Shown here one piece after another: positions 1-10,051 of a stretch of 64,000 bases of DNA. The DNA lies in IMG/VR virus record IMGVR_UViG_3300017992_000019, positions 30,892 to 94,891 of that record. The stretch is one strand, 5' to 3'. The notes under the pieces were generated by a model that ran no database searches, was not told where the DNA came from, and worked only from the letters and a program-made list of their open reading frames with translations. The first letter of the stretch is position 1. Each line of letters begins with the position of its first letter. The position numbers and the translations under genes are program-made. Source of the stretch: a virus.

Positions 1-720
1 GACACGTACATTTCGGTTCAAGACGTGCGCGACGAGGGTCTCGACGTTGCGACGTATCCCGACGACAAGGTGCTCGCCTATATCAATATCTGGCAAGCAT
101 TTCTCGAGCGCGCGTGCCGGCAATGGTTCAACGCGCGGTCGTTGATCCTCGAGGTCGACGGCGACGAGACCGACACGATCTTTCTCGGCGTGCCGATCAT
201 TTCGATCGACTACGTCAAGATCAACAACTCGGGCGAGGAGCTCGACGAGACGTTGTATCGGGTCTACAACCGCAACGGAACGCTCGACGACAGGCACAAC
301 CCGAAAATCTGCCTTGTCGGGCCCGACGCCTATCAAGATATTTTCGTTGCGCCGGTCACATGGGGCCGGTTGCGGTTTCAGAAAGGGCGACAGAATCAGG
401 AGATCAAGGGGATCTTTGGGTACGTCGAAAGCGACGGGTCAACCCCGCACCTGATCAAGCGCGCGCTCCTCAAGCTAGTGATCGAGAAACTCACCGAGCC
501 GATCTATGATGCCGCGGCCGGGAGCTCGGTCGCGCCGATCCTCGGGTCGATCCTCGAGGAGGAAACCGACGATCACCGAATCAAGTATTCCGGGGCCCCG
601 GTTACGGAACGCCGGCCGGGTCTCTCGGGGATCACCGAGGATCCCGAGATCCTCGACATAATCAAATTGTATCGGGCGCCGATCGGAGTCGCGGCGCCGT
701 CGCATTGGAGTATCACGTGA
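1..720 (+). CDS. Head-tail adaptor/neck protein (5' end truncated by window)
   Basis: Open frame from the window edge (ORF track 25..720); sits at the start of a neck-tail gene block; motif 'FLERACRQWF' and 'IKGIFGY...IKRALLKL' pattern typical of adaptors. Confidence 0.55.
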   Translation, partial: DTYISVQDVRDEGLDVATYPDDKVLAYINIWQAFLERACRQWFNARSLILEVDGDETDTIFLGVPIISIDYVKINNSGEELDETLYRVYNRNGTLDDRHNPKICLVGPDAYQDIFVAPVTWGRLRFQKGRQNQEIKGIFGYVESDGSTPHLIKRALLKLVIEKLTEPIYDAAAGSSVAPILGSILEEETDDHRIKYSGAPVTERRPGLSGITEDPEILDIIKLYRAPIGVAAPSHWSIT

Positions 721-1124
721 CCTTGCCTCGTCTCATACACCCGATCGACGTGACGATCGAAAAGATCGTCAAGGCGTCGACGTATTACGACGAGGATGCC
801 CGCGAGCCGATCCAGCAGGCCGCGCGGGCGGTGCCGGTGGTTGTCAAGGGTCAACCGAAATGGACTCGGCAGTTCGGGCTTGACATGGAAAAGGGAGGAG
901 CTCGAGAGACCGCGGCCGGGTACGTGCTATTCCGCAAGGTCGATCTCGACGCGGTGAGCGTTACGCTCGAGGACAACGATCGGATCACGAAAATGGGGCA
1001 CGTCGAGTGCGACGTGTATGTGATCCGGCTGGAATGGACCGGGCACTATCCCGATCAGGACGGGCCGAGCATGGTCAAGGCGCATTTCACAGATCGGCGA
1101 CCGTCAAAGGGAGTCGAGGACTAA
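717..1124 (+). CDS. Head closure/neck protein
   Basis: GTG overlaps the upstream TGA (GTGA); ~135 aa beta-rich protein in the stopper position. Confidence 0.5.
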   Translation: MTLPRLIHPIDVTIEKIVKASTYYDEDAREPIQQAARAVPVVVKGQPKWTRQFGLDMEKGGARETAAGYVLFRKVDLDAVSVTLEDNDRITKMGHVECDVYVIRLEWTGHYPDQDGPSMVKAHFTDRRPSKGVED

Positions 1125-1744
1125 TGCCGCGCGGTGCTATCAGATTGACCGGCAATTGGGCCGGGTTCAAGAAAGCTCTCGAGGGCCGGACTTTCACCAC
1201 GGCCGCGCGGAAAAACATGCGCCGGGCAATGGGACTCGTCGGCACACTCGTTGCTCGGGAGGTCCGAGAGCAAATCAAGCGCGGCCGGTACAAGGCAAAC
1301 GCCGCTCTCACCGTTGCGCTCAAGGGAAGCAACGAGCCGCTCAAGGGCAAGAGGACCGGCGAGCTCTGGCAGGCGATCACTCACAAGGTGATCGACGATT
1401 TCACCGTTTTCGTCGGAGTGCTCCGCACGTCCGGCGATTACAACGTCGCGGCCGCGGTGCATCAAGGGGTTTCGATTGGAGTCACTCCGCGAATGCGCGC
1501 TATGTTTTGGGCGCTCTGGAAAATGACTCTAGGCGTTCCGGGAGCGGAGCTCACCTCGAAACGGGCCGAGCAACTTTGGTCGTGGAATAAGGTTTGGTAT
1601 CCGATCTCGAGAGCAACGCAAGCGATCGTGATTCCTCCTCGGCCGTTTATGGCTCGAGCGTTTCGCAGTCGAGGCACGCAACGGATCGTGCAAAAGGTTT
1701 TGACTGAGGCGCTCGACGCGACGTTTCAGGAGTTGGTAAAGTGA
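1124..1744 (+). CDS. Neck/tail-completion protein (HK97 gp10/Mu gpG-like)
   Basis: TAATG coupling with upstream GGAG; basic protein with 'IVIPPRPFM' motif characteristic of virion morphogenesis proteins. Confidence 0.6.
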   Translation: MPRGAIRLTGNWAGFKKALEGRTFTTAARKNMRRAMGLVGTLVAREVREQIKRGRYKANAALTVALKGSNEPLKGKRTGELWQAITHKVIDDFTVFVGVLRTSGDYNVAAAVHQGVSIGVTPRMRAMFWALWKMTLGVPGAELTSKRAEQLWSWNKVWYPISRATQAIVIPPRPFMARAFRSRGTQRIVQKVLTEALDATFQELVK

Positions 1745-2991
1745 GGCTCAAGAAACTAATCAAGGAGCTCTGTTTCGAGGAGAGCGTGCGAAGTAAGATC
1801 ACGCTCGGAGCCGACACCCGTTTGCATCCCGAGTCGAGTTGGTTGCAACTCCTCGCCGATATCAACGGTGCGTATCCGACGACCGACGATCTCACCGTCA
1901 AGACATGGGTCACGAATCCGCAAAGTGTTCGTCAATGGCTCGGTTTCGAGGCCGACGTCGCGCACACCGAGATCGACGGTTCGGTCGTGACCTCGGTCAA
2001 GTTTCGTCTCGGTGACGGCACCTCCGAATTCTATTGGGACGGCGGCGCGTGGTCCGCGGCCGGCGCCTCGGATTGGAACACCGAGGAGGAGATCGCCGAC
2101 AACATTTCGGACTTTCCCGCGACCGAGCGCAAGATCCAGGTCGTGATCAACCTCAAGTCTACCAGCACGGCCGCGACTCCATTAGTGACCCGGATCAAGA
2201 TCCTGTATGCCTCCGATATCGAATTTCAAGAGGATCTGATCTATCGGTCGCTTGTGCGGTTGCTCCGAAACGAGATCCGGGTCAAGGGTCGGCACGTGAT
2301 CACGCTTTCGAGCGCGACCGACACGATCGATCTCGCCGACACATACCCGATCGAGACGCCGTACAACATCCGATCGATCGACGGGGTATTCAACCACACC
2401 GACGATTCGGAACACTGGACCGACTTGTTTTCGAGTTATAACCCGACGACCAAGGTGATCACGCTTTCGTCGACGGTCGCGGCCGGCAAGGTCGTCTGGA
2501 TCGATTTCCTTTGGGAGCCCGAGGTCGCGGTCACGACTTCGCAAGACTACTCGGAGGTCGAGAAAGTTCCGTCGCTCATAATCGACGACATTGGTTTGAT
2601 CGACGCGGTCGAGCGGGCCCGGCCGGAGTATGTGATCAACAAGTCGGCCGGGACCGGCGTCAAGGTGCCGGGCCCGTTGCAAGGGGATCTCGATCTCGTC
2701 TTGCACTTGATCACCGACAAGGGCGTCGATCAAATGCGTTTCGCCGACGAGGTCAAGCGGTTTTTCTCGAATCACCCGCAACTCGTATCAACCGGCCTCG
2801 ACGAGGAATACGACTTATGGTTGTTCGACGAGTACGACATGACCACGGCGGCAAACCGCGGAGACATACACACCGGGCGCATGAGAGCGCAGATCCGAAA
2901 CGTCTTGTTTTTTGTCCGGGAGTCGGAGGATATTTACCCGGTCGAGAAATTTATTTTGTCGGGTGATTTTGACACGATCATTCAGGCTTGA
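1741..2991 (+). CDS. Tail terminator/completion protein with N-terminal extra domain
   Basis: 416 aa ORF directly upstream of the sheath gene; GTGA overlap. Confidence 0.45.
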   Translation: MRLKKLIKELCFEESVRSKITLGADTRLHPESSWLQLLADINGAYPTTDDLTVKTWVTNPQSVRQWLGFEADVAHTEIDGSVVTSVKFRLGDGTSEFYWDGGAWSAAGASDWNTEEEIADNISDFPATERKIQVVINLKSTSTAATPLVTRIKILYASDIEFQEDLIYRSLVRLLRNEIRVKGRHVITLSSATDTIDLADTYPIETPYNIRSIDGVFNHTDDSEHWTDLFSSYNPTTKVITLSSTVAAGKVVWIDFLWEPEVAVTTSQDYSEVEKVPSLIIDDIGLIDAVERARPEYVINKSAGTGVKVPGPLQGDLDLVLHLITDKGVDQMRFADEVKRFFSNHPQLVSTGLDEEYDLWLFDEYDMTTAANRGDIHTGRMRAQIRNVLFFVRESEDIYPVEKFILSGDFDTIIQA

Positions 2992-3011
2992 ATTTCAAAG
3001 GAGGAAACAAA

Positions 3012-5303
3012 ATGTGTGCTCAGAGAAGAATCGGACCCGTTCGCGGCGCAGGCGTTGCGATCGTGGAAAAGGAAGGCGACAAACCGATCGAGGCGGGAGC
3101 TCTTGGGTGGGCGGCGTATGCCGGGATTCTGGAAAAGGGCGACGTCGGCAAGCTGATCCAAGCGAGCTCGAAAAAGGCGTTCGAGAAAAAGTGCGGCGGG
3201 TATATCGACGACTCGTTGCTCCCGGATGCCTGTTTCGACTACTACGATCTCGCTCGCGGCGCCGGCGGTCTGTTGCTTGTGAGGGTCACCGACGGAAACG
3301 AGTTGCCGTCGGAGGTGACCTTGTATGCCCGACGCACAACTCAGTCGCCTATGGGAACGCTCAAGGCGAAAAACGGGGGTCGGTGGGGCGGCAAGGCTAA
3401 CAAGTACACCGACGACATGCCCAACGGCGGCGCGACCGACCTCACGAACACGACCCTCGACACCGGGCAGGCCATGAAAACCGACGAGTGGAAAGGCGGA
3501 TACGTCGAGCTCGCCGAGGTGCCGAATGTGCAGTATCCGATCATCGGCAACGACGACGCCGGCGTGATCACCGTCGCCGCGGATCAGACCATGCTCGACG
3601 ACTGGACGGCCGGAGGCGCGACCGACGATCGGTTTTATCTTGTGCTCGAAAACGAGGGCAAGATGCTCTCCTATGAGATCCGCGACGGCGAGGAGAATCC
3701 CGACACCGAGTTCGGGCTTTTCATTTATGTCGACGGCGCGCTCGCGAACAATTGGGCCAACCTGTCGACCGATCCCGCGTCGCCGAGGTATTGGGTCAAC
3801 GTGATCAACAACGACGGCAACAACGCCGAGATCGAGGTCGTCGATCTCTGGACCGGAGCACACGTCGCGGACGTCCGGCCGGCGAATCACTACGGCGAGA
3901 TCGACACCGTGACCGCGACGGTCTTGACCGCGGTGATCCATGAGTTCAACCCGGCCGCGACCGGAGACGGCAACGGCACGTGTGCGCTCGGGACCACGAC
4001 CGACGACATGGTCGCGCAGACCTTGACGATCACTTTCACCGACCCGACCACATACGACGTCGTCTCCGACAAGTTCGGCACGGTCGCGAGCGGTGAGACC
4101 GTCGGCACTCAAACGGATCCAAACAACAAGTGGACACCTCCGTTCACCCTCACGGCCGGAGCGACCGCATGGGAGGCCGCGGACGTCGCGACCTTGACCT
4201 ACAAGCCGTTCGTGCCGGACTCGTTGATCGACGGGTACGTGTACCCGGACAAGGTCAATGCGAAGCGTGAGAAGTATCGGATCGTCGACAACGATCACGA
4301 CACGATCACCGCGGCACCGGGATCCGACCTCACCGTGAGCGGCGCGCCGGCCGACGAGTTCCTCGTCGTCGCTCCGCTGGAAATGGAGGGAGGCCGCGAC
4401 GGGATCGCCGACCTCACCGACGCGGACTATATCGCCGCGTGGGACACCGCGACCTCGTTGTTCAATCAGATCCACGGCAAGAATCTCGGGCTTGTGAAAA
4501 TGGCAACGCCGGGGATCACCTCGACCGCGGTGCAGAAAGCCGGGATCGCATACGCCGACGCGAAAAACCATCAGTATCGGATCGAGGTGCCGGACACGAC
4601 CACGACCGAGGAGTCGGCGGATCTGTACGTCAACGACACGATCGGGCGTTCCGATTTCGCCGTCGTGAATTTCCCGTCGTATGCGTATGTCACCGATCCC
4701 GACGACGACGGATCGGGCAAGCGCAAGCTCGTCTCATGCACCGGCATGATCCACGGCCGGGAGGCGCGCACGGCGGTCGACTACACCGGGTATCACAAGG
4801 CCGGCGCCGGCGTCGATCAGATCCTCCCGTCGATCCTCGAGCTCCCGACGGGAGACACGATCCTCGACGAGGAGTATCTCAACCCGCTCGGGATCGGTCT
4901 GATCAAAAAGGTCAAGGGCAATTTCGTCCTGTGGGGCGATCGCACCTTGCACGTCGATCCCGCGTGGAAGTGGAAGCATCAACGCGAGATGCTCTCGTAT
5001 TACGAGAACGTGCTCCGCGAGTCGTTCGACTGGATCATTTTCATGATCAACGATCCGGTCACCGAGAAAATGGCGCTCACTTCCATGAAAACCTTTTTCC
5101 TGCCGGAGTGGCGCAAGCGTGCGCTCCGCGGCGACACTTTCGAGGAGGCGGCGCGGATCAAGATCGACAGCGAGATCAACACCGACGTCGTGCGCGCGGC
5201 CGGCGAAATGTACGCGCAAGTCGCGTTGCAACTGGCCGACACCGTCGAGCGGTTCATCATCGAAATCGGCAAGCAGGGAATTTTCGAGTCGGTTGCCGCG
5301 TAG
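3012..5303 (+). CDS. Contractile tail sheath protein
   Basis: AAGGAGG SD then ATG 3012; C-terminal sheath motifs 'LNPLGI..I..VKG.FVLWGDRTL', 'IND..T', 'ERFIIEI'; large central insertion. Confidence 0.92.
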   Translation: MCAQRRIGPVRGAGVAIVEKEGDKPIEAGALGWAAYAGILEKGDVGKLIQASSKKAFEKKCGGYIDDSLLPDACFDYYDLARGAGGLLLVRVTDGNELPSEVTLYARRTTQSPMGTLKAKNGGRWGGKANKYTDDMPNGGATDLTNTTLDTGQAMKTDEWKGGYVELAEVPNVQYPIIGNDDAGVITVAADQTMLDDWTAGGATDDRFYLVLENEGKMLSYEIRDGEENPDTEFGLFIYVDGALANNWANLSTDPASPRYWVNVINNDGNNAEIEVVDLWTGAHVADVRPANHYGEIDTVTATVLTAVIHEFNPAATGDGNGTCALGTTTDDMVAQTLTITFTDPTTYDVVSDKFGTVASGETVGTQTDPNNKWTPPFTLTAGATAWEAADVATLTYKPFVPDSLIDGYVYPDKVNAKREKYRIVDNDHDTITAAPGSDLTVSGAPADEFLVVAPLEMEGGRDGIADLTDADYIAAWDTATSLFNQIHGKNLGLVKMATPGITSTAVQKAGIAYADAKNHQYRIEVPDTTTTEESADLYVNDTIGRSDFAVVNFPSYAYVTDPDDDGSGKRKLVSCTGMIHGREARTAVDYTGYHKAGAGVDQILPSILELPTGDTILDEEYLNPLGIGLIKKVKGNFVLWGDRTLHVDPAWKWKHQREMLSYYENVLRESFDWIIFMINDPVTEKMALTSMKTFFLPEWRKRALRGDTFEEAARIKIDSEINTDVVRAAGEMYAQVALQLADTVERFIIEIGKQGIFESVAA

Positions 5304-5336
5304 GTGTTCCGGTAGGGGGGGATCGGGAGGCCGATC

Positions 5337-5567
5337 ATGGTAGACGTGAAAAAGCAACGCGGACAAGGCGGGCCCCCGCAACGACAGGGCGGCAAGGCAA
5401 CTTGCGAATGTCCGAAGTGTGGGTTTGTCATGGAACACACCGAGCGCGGAACACCTTGCATCAAATTCAAGTGCCCGAAGTGCGGCGCCACGATGGGACC
5501 GCCCGGAGGCGAGCACGGATTCAAAAAAGAGGAAACCAAAAAAGGTTTTTGGGACGGCGTGATCTAG
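5337..5567 (+). CDS. Small double zinc-finger protein (CxCPxCG..H..G.PC....CPxCG)
   Basis: GGAGG SD; conserved Cys/His spacing. Confidence 0.6.
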   Translation: MVDVKKQRGQGGPPQRQGGKATCECPKCGFVMEHTERGTPCIKFKCPKCGATMGPPGGEHGFKKEETKKGFWDGVI

Positions 5568-5603
5568 CGTCGCACCGAAACGAAAAAACAAGGAGGATCA
5601 GTC

Positions 5604-5813
5604 ATGGCGGTAACACTGAAAAAGTATGTGGGAGACGGCGGCGCAGGTCTTGACGACTCAATGGGATTCGACAACCTGTACGACGTGCTCAAGGCACTCG
5701 CCGACGCGCAAAACGATCTGGTGACGCAGTTCAATCAGTTCCGGGCCGACTACAACGCGAGCACGGTGCCGACGACCTCGACCGATTTGGCGTCGGCCGT
5801 GACCGTCGAGTAG
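5604..5813 (+). CDS. Small virion-associated protein (head/tail fibre-like helix)
   Basis: AGGAGG SD; 'LVTQFNQFRADYN' helix. Confidence 0.45.
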   Translation: MAVTLKKYVGDGGAGLDDSMGFDNLYDVLKALADAQNDLVTQFNQFRADYNASTVPTTSTDLASAVTVE

Positions 5814-5871
5814 GCAACTCAACCCGGTCAAAGGATCTTGTAGAGGGATCCTTGCCGAAAGGAGAAAGGCA

Positions 5872-6309
5872 ATGAAAGGCGTATTGCAGAAAGATCACAT
5901 CCCGGTCAACAAGTATCAGTTGCTTGTGCTCGGGATGCCGGCGCTAACCTTCACCGAGATTTCGGGGATCGAGGAGGAGTTGCAGACGACCGAGCTCCCG
6001 GATCGCACGACCGCCAGTGGAGGGCACACGGGCCCGGTCGAGTTCACCGCGCAAACTCCGCTCTGGCATACGATCGAGCGGATCGCGCTCGAGGCGTGGC
6101 TCGTCGAGGGACAGGATCCCGTTTCGCCTCTTTACAAAAAAGAGGCGACCCTTGTGTTGCAGTCGATCTCGGGACAGACGATCGCGACCTACTCAATGCT
6201 CGGGTTGTACGTGAGCAAGAGAGGTCTCCCGGATCTCGCAATGGAAAACGAGGGCGAGGGCGCTTTCATCGAATGGACTTTCAAAGCGGATCAGTTGCTC
6301 CCGGTCTAA
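5872..6309 (+). CDS. Tail tube protein (T4 gp19/eCIS tube-like)
   Basis: 'FTEISGIEEE', 'KKEATLVL', 'LPDLAMENEGEGAFIEWTF' pattern; 145 aa; follows the sheath. Confidence 0.85.
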   Translation: MKGVLQKDHIPVNKYQLLVLGMPALTFTEISGIEEELQTTELPDRTTASGGHTGPVEFTAQTPLWHTIERIALEAWLVEGQDPVSPLYKKEATLVLQSISGQTIATYSMLGLYVSKRGLPDLAMENEGEGAFIEWTFKADQLLPV

Positions 6310-6379
6310 CCGTCGACGCAACGACCCCGCAAGGTTTTGACCTATCAAGATCGCTCCGGCGATCGATTGGAGGTAAACC

Positions 6380-7210
6380 ATGCAACCCAACGAACCCGGA
6401 AACAAGATCAATCGGACAACCCTCGGCGAGCACGGTTTGAAGCTCCCGATCGGTGTTCTCGACAGCAAGACCGGAAACCTCGGCAAGGTTTTCGAGGTCC
6501 GGCCGTGGCGCCTCAAAGAGGAACGCGAGATCGGAAAGATCCGAGCGGCCAACGAGCACGCCTCGGTCGCGGAGTATGTCGCAATGGTCCTCGCGACCAT
6601 GTGCATACGATTCGGCAACCACGATTTCGAGAAAATGAAATTCGAGGAGCGACGGTTGCTCCTTTCAACCGCGTACATGGCCGACGTGTTTTATGCTTAC
6701 GTGTGGTTGAGAAAAGACGCGGTCGGAAACGAGTTGAAACTCGATCTCACGTGCGGGAGTTGCCGGTCGAAATTCGATTTCGTCGGAGACCTCAACTCGG
6801 TCGAGGTTGGCTCGATCGACAAGATTGACGACGGAAATTGGTCGTACAAGCTCAAGACGCCGATCGAGATCCGCGGCAAGCTGATCGGCGAATTCAAGCT
6901 CGGCCCGGCGAGGTGGAACACTCTCGAGACGATCCCGGCCGGCACTCGTCGGTTCGATACTGGCGCCGCGAAGTCGGCGATCATCCGGGGATCGATCATT
7001 GAGCTCGGCGAGCTCGGAGCGATCCCGGTGACCGACAACGAGCTTGACGAGCTCACGAAATACGATCTCGAGCGGATCACAACCCTGATCAACGATCGAC
7101 CGATCGGCCCGACCATGTCGGTCGAGGGCAAGTGCACCTCATGCGGAGCACCTTTCGAGCACGCGATCGAATGGGCGACCGATGATTTTTTCGCACCTTC
7201 CTCGAGTTGA
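6380..7210 (+). CDS. Tail assembly chaperone with two internal CxxC repeats
   Basis: Lies between tube and tape measure; CGSC and CTSCG motifs; ends just after a slippery TTTTTTC. Confidence 0.75.
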   Translation: MQPNEPGNKINRTTLGEHGLKLPIGVLDSKTGNLGKVFEVRPWRLKEEREIGKIRAANEHASVAEYVAMVLATMCIRFGNHDFEKMKFEERRLLLSTAYMADVFYAYVWLRKDAVGNELKLDLTCGSCRSKFDFVGDLNSVEVGSIDKIDDGNWSYKLKTPIEIRGKLIGEFKLGPARWNTLETIPAGTRRFDTGAAKSAIIRGSIIELGELGAIPVTDNELDELTKYDLERITTLINDRPIGPTMSVEGKCTSCGAPFEHAIEWATDDFFAPSSS

Positions 7211-7374
7211 GAAAGGAGGAGGATCTCCTCGAGGAGGCGTTCGTGTTCATGTATTACCTGCCGGGGATCACGTTTCAAGACCTCCTCGGCATGACCTCGA
7301 GAGAGAGGTTATGGTTGTTGAAACGACTTGCAAAGGAGCTCAAGAGTCGCCCGCGCATGTCGCGTTTTTTCTAG
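7186..7374 (+). CDS. -1 frameshift extension of the tail chaperone (gpGT-like)
   Basis: T TTT TTC heptamer at 7186-7192; -1 frame reads RTFLELRKEEDLLEEAFVFMYYLPGITFQDLLGMTSRERLWLLKRLAKELK...FF* to TAG 7372-7374, a typical gpT-type helix pattern. Confidence 0.75.
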   Translation, partial: FFRTFLELRKEEDLLEEAFVFMYYLPGITFQDLLGMTSRERLWLLKRLAKELKSRPRMSRFF

Positions 7375-7386
7375 GAGGTTGATCAA

Positions 7387-10041
7387 GTGGCGCTCACGAA
7401 AGTCGGTCTAGGCGCGGAAATCAACGTCAACCCGCGAGGAGCGGTCAAGGGCATGGGACAGGCCCGGGATGCAATGGGCCGTTTCACAAAGTCGACGGGC
7501 GACGCGACAGCCGCGATCGGCCGGACCGAGTCGGCCGCGACTCGTGCCGCGCAGAGAATCGGGCAGGCTTTCGTCAAGGCCGGCGACAAGATTGACAAGT
7601 TCGGGCAGTCAATGCGTTCCGTTGCAATGGCGACGGCCGGAGCAACGGTCGTCGTCGGCGCCGGCGTCAAGCAAGCGGCCGACTTTGAACAAGGCATGGC
7701 CGATCTCGGTGCCGTTGTTGTTGCCGGTAAGAATCCCCCGGCCGACGCAATGGAGCAACTCACGGCGAAAGCTAAAGAGATGGGGATCATCACCGCTTTC
7801 TCCGCGAGCGAAGCGGCCGACGCAATGCAAGAGCTCGCTCGAGCCGGTGCGACTGTCGAGGAGAATGTCGGCGGGATCAAGGGAGTGCTCGACCTCGCGG
7901 CCGCGGGGAACGTGTCGTATCAAGAATCGGCAATGATCGTCGCCAATATCACCCGGGCAATGGGACGATCGTTCAAAGACTCGACGCAACTTGCCGACGT
8001 GCTCGCAATGACCTCGGCGCGGACCAATGTCACCGTGACCTCACTCGGCGACGCGTTCCGATACGCGGCGCCGCAAGCGAAAGTCATGGGCATGAGTGCC
8101 GAGGAAACCGCGGCCGTGCTCGGAAAGCTCGGCGACGCGGGTCTCAAGGGATCGATCGGCGGCACCTCCTTTACAAACATGATGGTCAAGCTCACGAAAC
8201 CGAGTGAGAAAGCCAAAAAGATAATGAAGAAGTTTCGGATCGAGCTCGAGAATACCGACGGCACTCTCAAGCCGATCTCCGATATCGTCGGGCAGTTTTC
8301 GTCAAAGCTCAAAGGCATGACAAGCTCGGTTGATCGCGCGGCGATCATGACCGAGATTTTCGGGATCCGCGGACAAAAGGCGTTCGCCGCACTCATGCAA
8401 GCCGGCGAGCAATCGATCGCCGAAATGGTTTCGGATCTCGAGCAAGCCTCCGGCGTCGCCGACAAGATGGCGCAAACCCGTCTCGCCTCTCTCAAGGGGC
8501 AACTCAAAATGATGGCGGCATCGGTCGAGGGTCTCTCGATCGAATTGTTTTCGGGACTCGGCGAGGGAATGCGAGGCACGGTCACCGAGGCAACGGCGGG
8601 TCTCAATAACATTCTGTATGCCGTGCAAGGTCTCAAGGCGGCACAAAAGGAGGGAGCGGATCAACAGGCGGTTGTCAACAAGTTGACCGAAAAATACGGC
8701 GAGACTGTCGTTGCAGTCGCACAGGGGATCATGGACGCGATCCAGTTTATGAAAGACGCTTGGAACGCGGTCGTCGACACGATCAAGTCGGTTGGCCGGG
8801 CGCTCGAGTCGGTGCTCGGCAAGCGAGGCGTTCGGGTGCTCGTCGGGATCATTGGCAAGGTGACCATGCTCGCGGCCGTGATTGCACCGATCGCCGCGGT
8901 GCTCGCCGGGATCGCGTTTGTGCTCAAGGCGGTCGTGTGGCCGGCGATTATCAAGACCGGCAAGATCGTCAACTCGACTTTCGGGAAGTGGCTGATCCTC
9001 CTCACTCTCGTCGCAAAGTTCATCGGAGACGTGAGCGAGAAAGCCGGCAAGAAAGACGCGGCCGTGCAAGCGAGGATCGATCGACTCCGGTCTCGGAACG
9101 CGGAGCGACAAAAGCTCTATGCTTGGAAAGCGTCGCGGGCCGACAGGGCGGCGGATAGTGCGAGACTTGCATCGGCTGAAAAGACATTCCAGCGAGCGCA
9201 ACAATTGCGAGATCGAGGTTCCATAAGCGAGGCGCATTTCGCGAATCAGAAAAAGATCTATGCCTCCGAAGTCGATCGACATTCCTCAACGAGCTATGAG
9301 CACCAAACTCTCAAGGCCGTCGAAATGGCGCAGACCGCGGGCGACAAGTACCAAGAGGTCGCGCAAGGCGCGGTCGACGCCGCGGGCACCGCGTCGGAGG
9401 CATGGGTCAAGGGCGCCGGCGACGTCAAGAATGGAGTCGCGCAGATCACCGCGGCCGAGGAGGAGCTCGCCGACGAGCACACCGGGTTGATCGGTCTTTT
9501 CGTTGACGGTTGGGATCTGATCACCGACGGCGCCGTGCTCGCGTATGAGGGTCTCGGCGGCACGACCGAGAGGGTCAAGCAACAACGGATCGAAATGATG
9601 CTCCTCAACAAGGAGTATGATCGCCTCGCGGCCAAGTGGTCGAGGCGCACCGGTGAATTTCGAGCGCCGGGCGCGCTAGATGTTTTGGGGCAAATGGTAC
9701 ATGAGGCAATGGAGGAGGGGCGGATCAAGGGCGAAATGGAACGCGAAAAGGAGCTCATGCGGATCGAGAAACAAAAGGAGAGGGACAAGAGAGAGCAAGA
9801 GGAATGGACAAAAGAGTTTCATGGAAAGTTCGACGATTGGGCGAAAGCTCAACGCGAGGCCGAGACAAACGTCAACATCAAAAACACGATGTGTCTTGAC
9901 GGCAAGGCGGTCTCATGGGCTCTCACGAAACAGCAACAGGAGATCCAGCAACGGGCCGGCGCGAAGTCGACCAAGTATCAGCAAACCCTTTCGCGGCAAC
10001 ACGGCGCACTCCCGGGCACGGTCAACGTGAGCTCGTCGTAA
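7387..10041 (+). CDS. Tail tape measure protein (TP901-type core)
   Basis: 'FSASEAADAMQELARAG', 'GLKGSIGGTSF', 'IFGIRG' core motifs; Ala-rich helical; hydrophobic segments. Confidence 0.93.
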   Translation: MALTKVGLGAEINVNPRGAVKGMGQARDAMGRFTKSTGDATAAIGRTESAATRAAQRIGQAFVKAGDKIDKFGQSMRSVAMATAGATVVVGAGVKQAADFEQGMADLGAVVVAGKNPPADAMEQLTAKAKEMGIITAFSASEAADAMQELARAGATVEENVGGIKGVLDLAAAGNVSYQESAMIVANITRAMGRSFKDSTQLADVLAMTSARTNVTVTSLGDAFRYAAPQAKVMGMSAEETAAVLGKLGDAGLKGSIGGTSFTNMMVKLTKPSEKAKKIMKKFRIELENTDGTLKPISDIVGQFSSKLKGMTSSVDRAAIMTEIFGIRGQKAFAALMQAGEQSIAEMVSDLEQASGVADKMAQTRLASLKGQLKMMAASVEGLSIELFSGLGEGMRGTVTEATAGLNNILYAVQGLKAAQKEGADQQAVVNKLTEKYGETVVAVAQGIMDAIQFMKDAWNAVVDTIKSVGRALESVLGKRGVRVLVGIIGKVTMLAAVIAPIAAVLAGIAFVLKAVVWPAIIKTGKIVNSTFGKWLILLTLVAKFIGDVSEKAGKKDAAVQARIDRLRSRNAERQKLYAWKASRADRAADSARLASAEKTFQRAQQLRDRGSISEAHFANQKKIYASEVDRHSSTSYEHQTLKAVEMAQTAGDKYQEVAQGAVDAAGTASEAWVKGAGDVKNGVAQITAAEEELADEHTGLIGLFVDGWDLITDGAVLAYEGLGGTTERVKQQRIEMMLLNKEYDRLAAKWSRRTGEFRAPGALDVLGQMVHEAMEEGRIKGEMEREKELMRIEKQKERDKREQEEWTKEFHGKFDDWAKAQREAETNVNIKNTMCLDGKAVSWALTKQQQEIQQRAGAKSTKYQQTLSRQHGALPGTVNVSSS

Positions 10042-10051
10042 GGAGAGGACA

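Noticed and set aside
7182-7382. ORF-track 66-aa ORF after the chaperone
   Set aside because: Wrong frame; the -1 frame (7186-7374) gives the recognisable gpT-like sequence.
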